Positions 37,672 through 47,500 of a stretch of 64,000 nt of DNA are shown piece by piece. Position numbers and translations under genes: made by a program. Source of the DNA: an uncultured Candidatus Peribacteria bacterium (GTDB lineage: Bacteria; Patescibacteriota; Gracilibacteria; RBG-16-42-10); contig CAZDKI010000003.1 of the NCBI GenBank assembly GCA_964506115.1, forward strand, positions 40,627 to 104,626, given 5' to 3'. Under the pieces are notes generated by a model. The model made no database searches. It saw only the letters and a program-made list of their open reading frames with translations, and was not told where the DNA came from. Positions within the stretch are counted from its first letter, which is position 1, and every line of letters begins with the position of its first letter.

Positions 37672-39321
37672 ATGCCTGTCATTACCAAAACTTGTATCAC
37701 TAGTGGAAAAACATTCACTGTGTCTGAAGCAGAACAAAAGTATTGCAATGAACGAAATATTCCATTGCCACAACAGCATCCATTTGAACGGTTGAAGCAT
37801 ATAGCAAATTTCCGCAATCGCATTCATCTCTACAATACTACCTGTGCCAAGACAATGAAGCCGATTTTGAGCTGCTTTCCACCTGAGAAAAACTATACCG
37901 TTTATGATATCGAAGCCTGGAGTGGAGATGGCTGGGAAGCTACTGACTACGGTCAGAATTATGATCCAACCCGCTCTTTCTGGGATCAATATGAAGAACT
38001 CCTGAAAAAAGTACCACTGCCCAACTTGAATGTAGTCAGTGGCACAATGGAAAACAGTAATTATGTGAATGGGGCAATGAATCTCAAAAACTGTTACCTC
38101 TGTTTCTCAACATTGGATAGTGTTGATTGTATGTTTTGTTGGGCAACATTCAACTCCCAGAATATTGTTAATAGCATCAACTGTTACTTCAGCGAGATTG
38201 CTTACGACTGCCGTGATATTGAAAAATGTTATAATTGTTTTTATATCGAGAGCTGCCAAAACTGTAGTGATAGCTACTTCTTGTTTGGATGCCAAAGCTG
38301 TAAACACTGTTATGGTTGTATAAACCTTAATAATAAAGAATATTGTTGGTACAATGAACAATTGAGTAAGGATGAATATGAGAAACGTCTTGCTGAGATT
38401 AATTTAGGCAATATTCAGGTAGTAGGCGCTGAGAGAAGTAAATTTAAAGAGTTTTCTAAACAATTCCCTACCAAATATTATCGTGGGAAAAGTATTGAGA
38501 ATAGTGATGGTAACTACATAAGTAATTGTAAAGACACTCATAATGCCTTCTTTTGTACAGATTGTGTTGATATCGAGCACTCTTTAGTTTTATTAAAGAG
38601 TAAGGACTGCTTCGGTATCGTTTCTTCAAAGGCGTGTGAATTGACCTACAACTCTCAAAGCGGCATGAATTATAATTGCCAATATTGCAACGAAAGTCTG
38701 GTAGGTAATCGCAATTTAGCATGGTGCATGTTCACTAATGGTAGTACCGATTGTTTTGGTTGTGTCAGTCTGAAGAAAAAACAATATTGCATACTCAACA
38801 AACAATACTCTCAAGAAGAGTATTTCCAATTGGTAAAACAAATTAAACAAGCAATGATCGACAGTGGAGAATATGAAGATTTCTTTCCACGAAGATTAAG
38901 TCCATTCTACTACAACGAAAGTGATAGCATGATTTACTTCCCAGCTACTAAGGAAGAAGCAACCAAAAATGGATTTAGTTGGAAAGATGAAAATATATCG
39001 CTACAAGAGAGCAGCTACGTACCACCGGACGACATTTCAGCGGTTACAGATGATATTTTGCAGCAAACATTAATTTGTGTAAAAACAGGGAAAAAATATC
39101 GACTAACGAAACAAGAGTTAGATTTTTATCGCAGATTCAAAATACCAGTTCCCCGCATTGCTCCACTAGAACGAGTGAATAACTTTGCTCATCAAATGTT
39201 TGATATGAGAGAGCTAACCACTATTGCTTGCAGCCAATGTCAAAAATCCCTCACAAGCGTATACAACCCGGCTCAACAACAAGTACTTTGTGAAGAGTGT
39301 TTCCTAAAATCAGCCTTTTAA
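37672..39321 (+). CDS. cysteine-rich repeat protein, paralogue 3 of 3 (function unknown)
   Basis: 549 aa. Roughly half of positions are identical to paralogue 2 by eye over the N-terminal 240 aa, for example KKVPLPNL, NLKNCYL, CSDSYFL..CQSCKHCYGC.NL.NKEYCWYNEQL.KDEYE.RL. Confidence 0.8.
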   Translation: MPVITKTCITSGKTFTVSEAEQKYCNERNIPLPQQHPFERLKHIANFRNRIHLYNTTCAKTMKPILSCFPPEKNYTVYDIEAWSGDGWEATDYGQNYDPTRSFWDQYEELLKKVPLPNLNVVSGTMENSNYVNGAMNLKNCYLCFSTLDSVDCMFCWATFNSQNIVNSINCYFSEIAYDCRDIEKCYNCFYIESCQNCSDSYFLFGCQSCKHCYGCINLNNKEYCWYNEQLSKDEYEKRLAEINLGNIQVVGAERSKFKEFSKQFPTKYYRGKSIENSDGNYISNCKDTHNAFFCTDCVDIEHSLVLLKSKDCFGIVSSKACELTYNSQSGMNYNCQYCNESLVGNRNLAWCMFTNGSTDCFGCVSLKKKQYCILNKQYSQEEYFQLVKQIKQAMIDSGEYEDFFPRRLSPFYYNESDSMIYFPATKEEATKNGFSWKDENISLQESSYVPPDDISAVTDDILQQTLICVKTGKKYRLTKQELDFYRRFKIPVPRIAPLERVNNFAHQMFDMRELTTIACSQCQKSLTSVYNPAQQQVLCEECFLKSAF

Positions 39322-39348
39322 GTTTATTTACACTTTAGACCAGTCAGT

Positions 39349-39636
39349 ATGTATAACCCATTTGATATACTAGGCAACATCCTCTTTTTCCCAATCATTG
39401 TTGCCATTCTCATTCTCAAGGGAGTAGCTCTCTGGAAAGCTGCTAAACAAGACCAAAAAGAGTGGTTCATCGCTCTTTTGATTCTCCAAACTTTCGGCAT
39501 TTTGGAATTAGTATACTTATTGATCTATCAAAAAGACGCTAATCCAAAGTATAAAAATTGGTTTAAAACAAAATCCAAATTAGACCAAGTTCAAGGGGTA
39601 AAAGACATTGAACCTAAGAAAACAGAAACCAAGTAG
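39349..39636 (+). CDS. small membrane protein, DUF5652-like
   Basis: 95 aa. ILKGVALWKAAKQDQKEWFIALLILQTFGILELVYLLIY resembles DUF5652, which is common in CPR genomes. Confidence 0.5.
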   Translation: MYNPFDILGNILFFPIIVAILILKGVALWKAAKQDQKEWFIALLILQTFGILELVYLLIYQKDANPKYKNWFKTKSKLDQVQGVKDIEPKKTETK

Positions 39637-39710
39637 ATTACCTAGATACCATCTATAGTCTTCTATTTGGTTTACAGTTTTGGATAGAGATGTGGAATAC
39701 CCCACTACAA

Positions 39711-41480
39711 TCAAAGAGCAGCATTACCAATGACAGCTTTGATACGACGGATACCTTTACTAGAGCTTTCTTCTTTGAGAATTTTGAATGCTTTCAGTTG
39801 ACCAGTATGTTCTACATGTGGGCCACCACATATTTCTTTAGAGAAATCACCCATAGTATAGACTTTGACGGTATCACCATAGCGATCTTCAAAGATGCCA
39901 ATAGCACCGTTCTTTTTGGCTTCTTCTACACTCATTTCTTGCCAACTAACCGCTAAGTCACGCTTAATCTGTTCATTCACAATTGCCTCTACTTTTGTCT
40001 TTTCTTCAGGAGTCATTGGCTTATCATGAGGAAAGTCAAAACGCAAACGTTCACTAGTAATATTGCTACCACGCTGCTCTACATGTGCACCTAATACTGT
40101 CCTAAGTGCTTGATGGAGTAGGTGAGTAGCAGTATGGAGCATTTTACTTTCATCTGAGTGATCAGCCAAACCACCAGCAAATTTTTGCTCACTACCTTGG
40201 CGAGACAAATCTTGATGTTTCTTGAATGCTTCAGCAAAACCTTGTTCATCCACTGAAAAATCAATTTCAGAAGCAAGTTCTTTCGTAATCTCAATTGGGA
40301 AACCAAAAGTGTCGTAGAGGTGAAACGCTTGTTCTCCAGAAATTTGTTTCACTGCTTGCTCAGTAAGTTGTACTTCGAGTTTTCTAAATTGTTTTAAGCC
40401 ATTCTCCAAGGTTTTGTTAAATTGATTTTCTTCGTCCTGAAGAGCTTGGAGTAAACTAATAGGATTCTTCATTAGTTCAGGATAAGCGTCTTGATACATA
40501 GCAATTACCATAGATCCTAATGGTTCCAAAAAGTTACCATTGATTCCCAACTTACGACCGTGGCGAACAGCCCGACGAATTAAACGACGCAATATATATC
40601 CCTGATCAACATTGGCTGGTCTAACGTGATCTGCCAACAAAAACATCGAAGCACGAATATGATCAGCAATAATACGTTCGGAAACTACATTCTGAATGGT
40701 TGCTAATGATCGAATCTTTTCAATGAGTGGTAAAAAGAGTTCAGTGGCATAAATATTATTCTGACCGTTGAGCACCATCAGAGTACGTTCAAGTCCTAAG
40801 CCTGTATCCACATTCTTTTGTTTCAATGGTTGGTATGCACCATCAGCGGTGCGGTTAAACTCCATGAATACATTGTTCCAAATCTCTACCCATTGTTTAT
40901 TACTAGGATCATATTTCTCAGGAGCACCCTCAGTTCCAGTCCAATAAAAGATTTCTGTATCCGGTCCTTGAGGACCAGGATGTTTGCCACCTGAAGGCCA
41001 CCAGTTATCATCTTTACCTAAGAAAACAATGCGACTATCAGGTATGCCTAATTCACGCCACCGTTTATAAGAAACTTCATCGCGAGGAGCTGTTTCATCA
41101 CCTGCAAAACAGGTCACTGCTAATTTATCAACAGGAAGCTCTAAAACTTCTGTAAGTAGTTTATAGCTCAATTCAATTGATTCATTTTTAAAGTAATCCC
41201 CTAAAGACCAGTTTCCCAACATTTCAAAATAAGTATTGTGCGTATTATCACCAACTTCATCAATGTCATCCGTACGAACACATTTTTGGACATTAACTAA
41301 TCTCGTTCCACGTGGATGTTTTTCTCCCATCAAATAAGGTACCAATGGATGCATACCAGCCGTAGTAAAGAGTACGCTAGGATCGTTCTCAGGTACTAGT
41401 GAAGCACTAGGCAAAACCGCATGGCCATTCCTCTCAAAAAACTGTAAATATTTAGCACGTAATTCTTTAGCTGTTAGCAT
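39711..41480 (-). CDS. alaS: alanine--tRNA ligase, short form lacking the C-Ala/DHHA1 C-terminal domain
   Basis: 589 aa. FFERNGHAVLPSASLVP ... LFTTAGMHP ... FEMLGNWS. Editing domain HTATHLLHQAL ... CGGPHVEHTGQL. The protein ends about 30 aa after the editing domain. Confidence 0.9.
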   Translation of the reverse strand: MLTAKELRAKYLQFFERNGHAVLPSASLVPENDPSVLFTTAGMHPLVPYLMGEKHPRGTRLVNVQKCVRTDDIDEVGDNTHNTYFEMLGNWSLGDYFKNESIELSYKLLTEVLELPVDKLAVTCFAGDETAPRDEVSYKRWRELGIPDSRIVFLGKDDNWWPSGGKHPGPQGPDTEIFYWTGTEGAPEKYDPSNKQWVEIWNNVFMEFNRTADGAYQPLKQKNVDTGLGLERTLMVLNGQNNIYATELFLPLIEKIRSLATIQNVVSERIIADHIRASMFLLADHVRPANVDQGYILRRLIRRAVRHGRKLGINGNFLEPLGSMVIAMYQDAYPELMKNPISLLQALQDEENQFNKTLENGLKQFRKLEVQLTEQAVKQISGEQAFHLYDTFGFPIEITKELASEIDFSVDEQGFAEAFKKHQDLSRQGSEQKFAGGLADHSDESKMLHTATHLLHQALRTVLGAHVEQRGSNITSERLRFDFPHDKPMTPEEKTKVEAIVNEQIKRDLAVSWQEMSVEEAKKNGAIGIFEDRYGDTVKVYTMGDFSKEICGGPHVEHTGQLKAFKILKEESSSKGIRRIKAVIGNAAL

Positions 41481-41546
41481 AAATCACATAAGTATAAAGC
41501 GAAGGTATATTACTGAACTCCGATACTACTGTGAAGGGCGCTATCG

Positions 41547-41572
41547 CTGTAGGTATTCAAGAATACCTACAG
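41547..41572. repeat. perfect 26-nt palindrome overlapping the stop codon of the RAYT-like gene
   Basis: CTGTAGGTATTCA/AGAATACCTACAG. Arms of 12 nt around a central AA. No following U run on the gene strand. Confidence 0.8.
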
Positions 41573-42096
41573 TACTTCCTTTCCCACTTTTTAGGATTAT
41601 TAGCTATATAAGCTCTAATATTCCACAGTGCGTGCTCATTACGAATTATCCTTTCGTAATAGCCTTTTTTCCACAATGAAGAACCAGTAGTTCCATTCAA
41701 TAAGTTCACATGCTTCGCAGTTTGCATCTTAAATTTTCCAATCAAAAGACTAAGCATCATGTTGCGTCTTGAGTGTGCCGCCGTCTCCCCCTCGTTCACT
41801 GATTCATGAATCAGTGAACCTTGAACGCCTCTCGGCACATCTTTGATCCAGGTGATGCCGGGCACGTGATCGGGCATTATGACGAAAGCATCCAATGCAC
41901 ACCTGGTGTTCTCTTTGGCTAACTGTCTCCAATAATACTCACAGACATAGGCGGCCGGAGTCCAAGATAATTTACCATTAACTAATTGACCGAGATTTTT
42001 TCTTCTTTTGTGAGTAACAAAGGTAATAAAATAGCCTGCAGGATCAGAGTAGTCCCAAGAAAGTAATCGACGCATCAAACTCTTTAAGTAAATCAA
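41557..42096 (-). CDS. IS200/RAYT-like Y1 (HUH-family) transposase homologue with degenerate HUH motif
   Basis: 179 aa. YFITFVTHKRRKNLG, IMPDHVPGITWI (HVH expected, HVP found, CCC instead of CAC), and WKKGYYERIIRNE ... YIANNPKKW (catalytic Tyr region). Confidence 0.7.
   Translation of the reverse strand: MIYLKSLMRRLLSWDYSDPAGYFITFVTHKRRKNLGQLVNGKLSWTPAAYVCEYYWRQLAKENTRCALDAFVIMPDHVPGITWIKDVPRGVQGSLIHESVNEGETAAHSRRNMMLSLLIGKFKMQTAKHVNLLNGTTGSSLWKKGYYERIIRNEHALWNIRAYIANNPKKWERKYCRYS
41794..41819. repeat. perfect 26-nt palindrome inside the RAYT-like ORF
   Basis: GTTCACTGATTCA/TGAATCAGTGAAC. Shares the central ATTCA-GAAT core with the palindrome at 41547-41572. Confidence 0.8.
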
Positions 42097-42364
42097 TTTT
42101 ACCCGGTCGAAAATGAATTTCTCATACTTGCAATTCCGTCCAACTCTCTATAAATTTCTTCTCCGGTTTAATCAAAATATCTCCCAACATGACAACACTA
42201 ATAGCTCGCGAGTTAGACTTAGCACAAAAAGACATCAAACAACCAGTACGTTCAGTTCCAGTCTTCCCAGAAGAAAGCATTGCCTGTGCAGAAACACGTG
42301 CATTATTTCATGCATTGAACGAGTGCATCGGATCAGAAACAGCTAAACCAGAACAAGACTAAAA

Positions 42365-44347
42365 CTATTTATTCTTGCCCTTCTTCAACTGTTTTTCCAG
42401 CTCATCAATCTGATCACGAATTTCAGCTGCTTTTTCGAATTCCATTTTGCCAGCTGCAATATCCATTTGTAGTTCAAGCTCGGCAATCACTTTAGCCAAC
42501 TCTTCATGCGGCAAAGTTTGTAAAGCCTGACCATCTTGCTTCAGCTCATCATGTGGCATGATATCTCGGATCTCCTTGATAATAGTCTTTGGCGTAATAC
42601 CATGCTCTATATTGTAAGCTTCTTGGATAGCACGACGACGATTCGTTTCATGTAACGCTTTTTTCATTGAGTCTGTCATACGATCGGCATACATGATTAC
42701 TTGACCGTGAGCATTACGAGCCGCACGACCAATAGTCTGGATCAACGCCATTTCTGAACGTAAGAAACCCTCTTTATCAGCATCCAAAATGGCTACTAAA
42801 CTCACTTCAGGTAAATCCAAACCTTCACGGAGTAAGTTGATACCCACTACTACCTCAATTACCCCTAAACGTAAATCTCTTAAAATATCCAAGCGGACTA
42901 AGGTTTCAATGTCGGAGTGAAGATACTTCACTCGTATACCTGCTTCTTGCAAATACTCAGTCAAATCTTCTGCCATACGCTTAGTCAATGTGGTCACTAA
43001 TACTCGTTCATCCACCTTAATTCTTTCGCGAATCTCATTGAGTAAATCATCTACTTGATTTTGCGTTGGTTTAACAGTAACCACTGGATCAAGTAAACCT
43101 GTAGGACGAATCAATTGTTCCACTACAACCCGACCTGATTTCTCTAATTCATACTCACGGGGTGTTGCTGATACATAGACTACCTTGTTGATCTGCCCTT
43201 CAAATTCAGTGAAGGTTAATGGACGGTTATCATAAGCAGATGGCAAACGGAATCCATAATCAACCAAACTCTTTTTGCGAGCCAAATTACCATTAAACAT
43301 CCCGCCAATCTGAGGAACAGAAATATGTGACTCATCAATAAACATCATGTAGTCATCTGGAAAATAATCCAGCAATGTCGCTGGTTGTTCTCCGGGTGAC
43401 CGATTGCCTAAATAACGAGTGTAGTTCTCAATACCACTACAGTATCCGGTCTCCATCATCATTTCCAAATCATACTCCGTTCTTTGTTTGAGACGTTGCG
43501 CTTCAACAATCTTCCCCATACCATTGAGCTCTTTCAGTCTCTCTTCTAGGTCTATCTTGATTTGCTCCACCGCTCTTAGTACTGCTTCACGAGAAGTAAC
43601 TGCGTGTTTAGCTGGGAACACTTCTACTGATTGCAGACTAGCGACAATTTCACCAGTAAGTGTATCAAACTCATCGAGCGTTTCTATCTCATCACCAAAG
43701 AATGCCACGCGGACAGCAGTATCACTATAGGTAGGATAAATCTCTACGACATCGCCACGTGCTCGAAAAGTACCACGGACAAAAGCTAACTCATTACGTT
43801 TATATTGTAAATCTGCTAAATGTCGAAGCAATTTTTCACGCTTATAACTCATGCCCACACTAAGCTTCTCCGCCACATTGCCATATTCTTCCACTGATCC
43901 CAAGCCGTAAATACATGACACTGAGGCTACGATAATGACATCTCTGCGAGTCAAAAGATTCTTAGTCGCAGCATGACGATACTTATCAATCTCTTCATTG
44001 ATAGAAGCATCTTTTTCAATATAAGTATCTGAGCGAGCAATATATGCTTCTGGCTGATAGTAATCGTAATAAGAAACGAAGTAATTGACTGCATTATCAG
44101 GGAAGAACTCCTTAAACTCAGAATAAAGTTGGGCAGCTAAGGTCTTGTTATGAGCAAGAATCAAAGTAGGCTTCTGAATCTGATTGATCACATTAGCCAT
44201 AATAAATGTCTTACCGGTACCGGTAGCTCCCAATAAAGTCTGATGTACTTTCCCTTCTTCAAGCCCTTTGATCAAAGCAGCCAAAGCCTTTGGTTGATCA
44301 CCCGTCGGTGAGTACGGAGCAACCAATCTAAATGGTTTGTTTTCCAT
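42365..44347 (-). CDS. uvrB: excinuclease ABC subunit B
   Basis: 660 aa. [36 protein letters not shown], and the C-terminal UVR motif [11 protein letters not shown]. Confidence 0.95.
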   Translation of the reverse strand: MENKPFRLVAPYSPTGDQPKALAALIKGLEEGKVHQTLLGATGTGKTFIMANVINQIQKPTLILAHNKTLAAQLYSEFKEFFPDNAVNYFVSYYDYYQPEAYIARSDTYIEKDASINEEIDKYRHAATKNLLTRRDVIIVASVSCIYGLGSVEEYGNVAEKLSVGMSYKREKLLRHLADLQYKRNELAFVRGTFRARGDVVEIYPTYSDTAVRVAFFGDEIETLDEFDTLTGEIVASLQSVEVFPAKHAVTSREAVLRAVEQIKIDLEERLKELNGMGKIVEAQRLKQRTEYDLEMMMETGYCSGIENYTRYLGNRSPGEQPATLLDYFPDDYMMFIDESHISVPQIGGMFNGNLARKKSLVDYGFRLPSAYDNRPLTFTEFEGQINKVVYVSATPREYELEKSGRVVVEQLIRPTGLLDPVVTVKPTQNQVDDLLNEIRERIKVDERVLVTTLTKRMAEDLTEYLQEAGIRVKYLHSDIETLVRLDILRDLRLGVIEVVVGINLLREGLDLPEVSLVAILDADKEGFLRSEMALIQTIGRAARNAHGQVIMYADRMTDSMKKALHETNRRRAIQEAYNIEHGITPKTIIKEIRDIMPHDELKQDGQALQTLPHEELAKVIAELELQMDIAAGKMEFEKAAEIRDQIDELEKQLKKGKNK

Positions 44348-44524
44348 GATGAAATAATTTTTCGCATTCTAACAGACTCAAGCTGAAGACGTAAAGCTTT
44401 TCATCCAGCTCAAAGCTAAATTCTAAAATCTAGATTCCACACTTCACATCAAAATTGCTCCTGCTCACAAAATAGAGTAAAGTTGCGGCACGAAATTTCC
44501 CTCACAGCCCTTTATCTTCTTAAT

Positions 44525-47500
44525 ATGGCTACCCCCGAAAAAAAGTCCGCATCTAAGATAGAACCAAAGACCATCTTTGATCCTGTTCAAGTAAAACAGT
44601 CCTTCCCAGATCTTGAGAATGACATTTTAGATTTTTGGAAAAAAGACGATGTCTTCAAATTAGTACAAGACAAACGAACAGGTAGTAAACCGTTCATTTT
44701 CTACGAAGGTCCTCCAACTGCCAATGGCAAACCAGGAGTACACCATGTGATCGCTCGCGTATTCAAAGATGTAATTTTGCGATATAAAACCATGCAAGGC
44801 TTTTATATTGAACGTAAAGCCGGATGGGATACACATGGGCTACCAGTTGAGTTGCAGGTAGAAAAAGAATTAGGAATTTCAGGTAAGAAGCAAATTGAAG
44901 AATACGGTATCGAAGCCTTCAATAATAAATGTAAAGACTCAGTTCATAAGTTCACTCAAGCCTTTGAAGTGATGACCGAGCGTATCGGTTACTGGGTAGA
45001 TATGAAAAACCCGTATGTAACATACTCTCCCGATTATATCGAATCAGTATGGTGGTGTCTCAAACAAATTTGGGAAAAAGGTTTACTGTACCGTGATCTC
45101 AAAATTGTTCCTTATTGTTGTCGTTGTGGTACCCCACTTTCTAGTCATGAAGTCGCACAAGAGTATCAGACAGTAAAAGATATGTCTCTGACAGCTCTTT
45201 TCAAAATCATCGATCAAGCTAAATTTAGCAAGGATAGCGAGACTGTTTACTTTGCCGCTTGGACTACTACACCTTGGACCTTGGTAGGTAACCTCGCGCT
45301 CTGTGTCGGACCTGATATCGAGTATAGCCAAGTAAGAATAGATCAAAATACAGCAATCATCATCGCTACAGATCGTATTGCAGCTTACAATGATGTCCTG
45401 CCAAAAGATGAAGAGGGGAAACCACAGTACACCATTGAAGCTACGTACCGAGGCACCGATCTCGTCGACACTAGTTATGAAGCTCCTTGGAATTATTACA
45501 CAAGCGAAAAGAAAGGACATTATGTAGTAGCTGAACCATTTGTCACTACTACCGACGGTACTGGTATCGTTCATATTGCTCTCTATGGTGAGGATGATTA
45601 TCAAGTGATCCAAAAATATGACTTACCGAGACTGCAACATGTAGATAAGGAAGGCCGATTCATCGCTGGCAGCGGTCCATATAGTGGTCGTTACTTCAAA
45701 GAAGAAGGACTAGATGTGGAAGTACTCAAAGATTTGGCAGCACGAAACATGCTCCTCAAAAAAGAAAAATATGAGCACAACTATCCTCACTGTTGGAGAT
45801 GTAAAACACCACTGATTTATTTTGCCATCAGCTCTTGGTTTATTCGCATGTCACAATTGAGAGATGAATTGGTCAAAAACAACCAAGAGATCAATTGGCA
45901 TCCAGAACATATCAAAGAAGGACGATTCGGTAATTGGCTCAATGAAATTAGAGATTGGGCGGTGTCTCGCAATCGGTACTGGGGCACCCCATTACCGGTC
46001 TGGGAATGTCAGTCATGTCACAAGACCTTGTGTGTTGGCTCTATGATCGAACTTCAAAAAAAGAGCGGCCAGGATTTGCCAATCAACGACAAAGGGGAAC
46101 CAGACCTCCATCGTCCTTATATCGACAATATTATTATTGCCTGTGAATGTGGTGGCACTATGAAAAGAGTAGAAGAGGTAATTGACTGTTGGTTTGACTC
46201 CGGTGCCATGCCAGTCGCTCAAGTCCACTATCCATTCGATATCAAAGACCAAGAGTTCCAGGAACACTACTTCCCAGCGGATTATATCTGTGAAGCAATC
46301 GACCAAACTCGGGGTTGGTTCTATACATTATTAGCTGTCAGCACTGCTATTTGGAATAAAACCGCTTATAAAAATGTCATCTGTCTCGGCCATATCCTTG
46401 ATGATAAAGGGATCAAGATGAGTAAGTCTCAAGGCAACATCGTCGACCCAATGGAGGTAGCGGATAAACATGGAGCCGACGCATTGCGTTGGTATATGTT
46501 TAATGCTTCGCCCCCAGGTCAACCACGTAATTTCTCAATTAGCTTAGTTGAACAATCGCTACGTAAGTTCCAACTGACATTGTGGAATGTATACTCATTC
46601 TTCGTCACCTACGCTAACATTGATCAATTCCAACCTCAGAAATTCACCAAGGTAATTAGTGTCCAACACACTGAGTCAGAAAATATTCCTCTTGGTGTAG
46701 TCGCTAGTGACAAAGATCAAGTCTACCATCTCACTGAGAAAGGACATCGTGATGCTGAAGCATTGGCCCAAGAATTCAAACATAGTAGCCTCGATAAAAT
46801 CTTCGTTGCCCCCCTCAATCGCACTCGAGAAACAGCTGAAATTATTAGCCAATTCCACCAAGTACCTGTGATTGATGATGAACGCTTACGTGAGCTTAAC
46901 TTAGGAACATTTGACGGTAAATTGGCAGCTGATGTAGAAACATACTTAAGCAGCCTTACCAATCAATATGCGCAGAAATTTCCTGAAGGTGAATCATACC
47001 TAGATCTAGAAGAACGCGTCTTTGCTTTCTTGGATGAGATCAAAGAAAACTGCGCAGGTGAAACGATCCTGATCGTCGCTAATGGTATGGTAAAAAAAAT
47101 GATTGATAAATACTTCAATCACACACCATCAGATCAAGTAATTGCTAATAAATTTAGCCTTGGCAGTATCGATCGCTATGTGATGCCATGGAGTGAACAT
47201 AAACTCGATCGATGGATCCTTTCTGAACTCCATGCCATGGTCAAAGAAGTAGCAATTATGCTCGACAATTACCAAATCTGGGAATCTACCAACAAAATTG
47301 AGAAATTTGTTGACAATCTTTCCAACTGGTATGTACGTAGATCGCGCCGCCGCTTCTGGAAAGCAGAAAATGACCAGGACAAAAATGGTGCATACCAGAC
47401 TCTCTATCATGTACTGACCACTTTAGTAAAAGTAATTGCACCATTCGTTCCTTTTGTCAGTGAGCACATCTATCGCAACTTAGTAGGTAAAGAATCTGTG

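Noticed and set aside
39690-39956. 88-aa plus-strand ORF downstream of the DUF5652-like gene.
   Set aside because: It lies antisense to the well-supported 3' end of alaS (editing domain), so it is a shadow ORF.
45083-45613. 176-aa minus-strand ORF inside ileS. Similar long antisense ORFs occur at 6182-6556 and 7061-7540 (in the ATPase gene). Others lie at 34400-35032 and 37648-38722 (in the Cys-rich genes), at 3031-3999 (in ABC-F) and at 31040-32145 (in gyrB).
   Set aside because: All lie fully antisense within genes that have strong motif support. Their translations are low-complexity or hydrophobic nonsense with no motifs. They are typical shadow ORFs.
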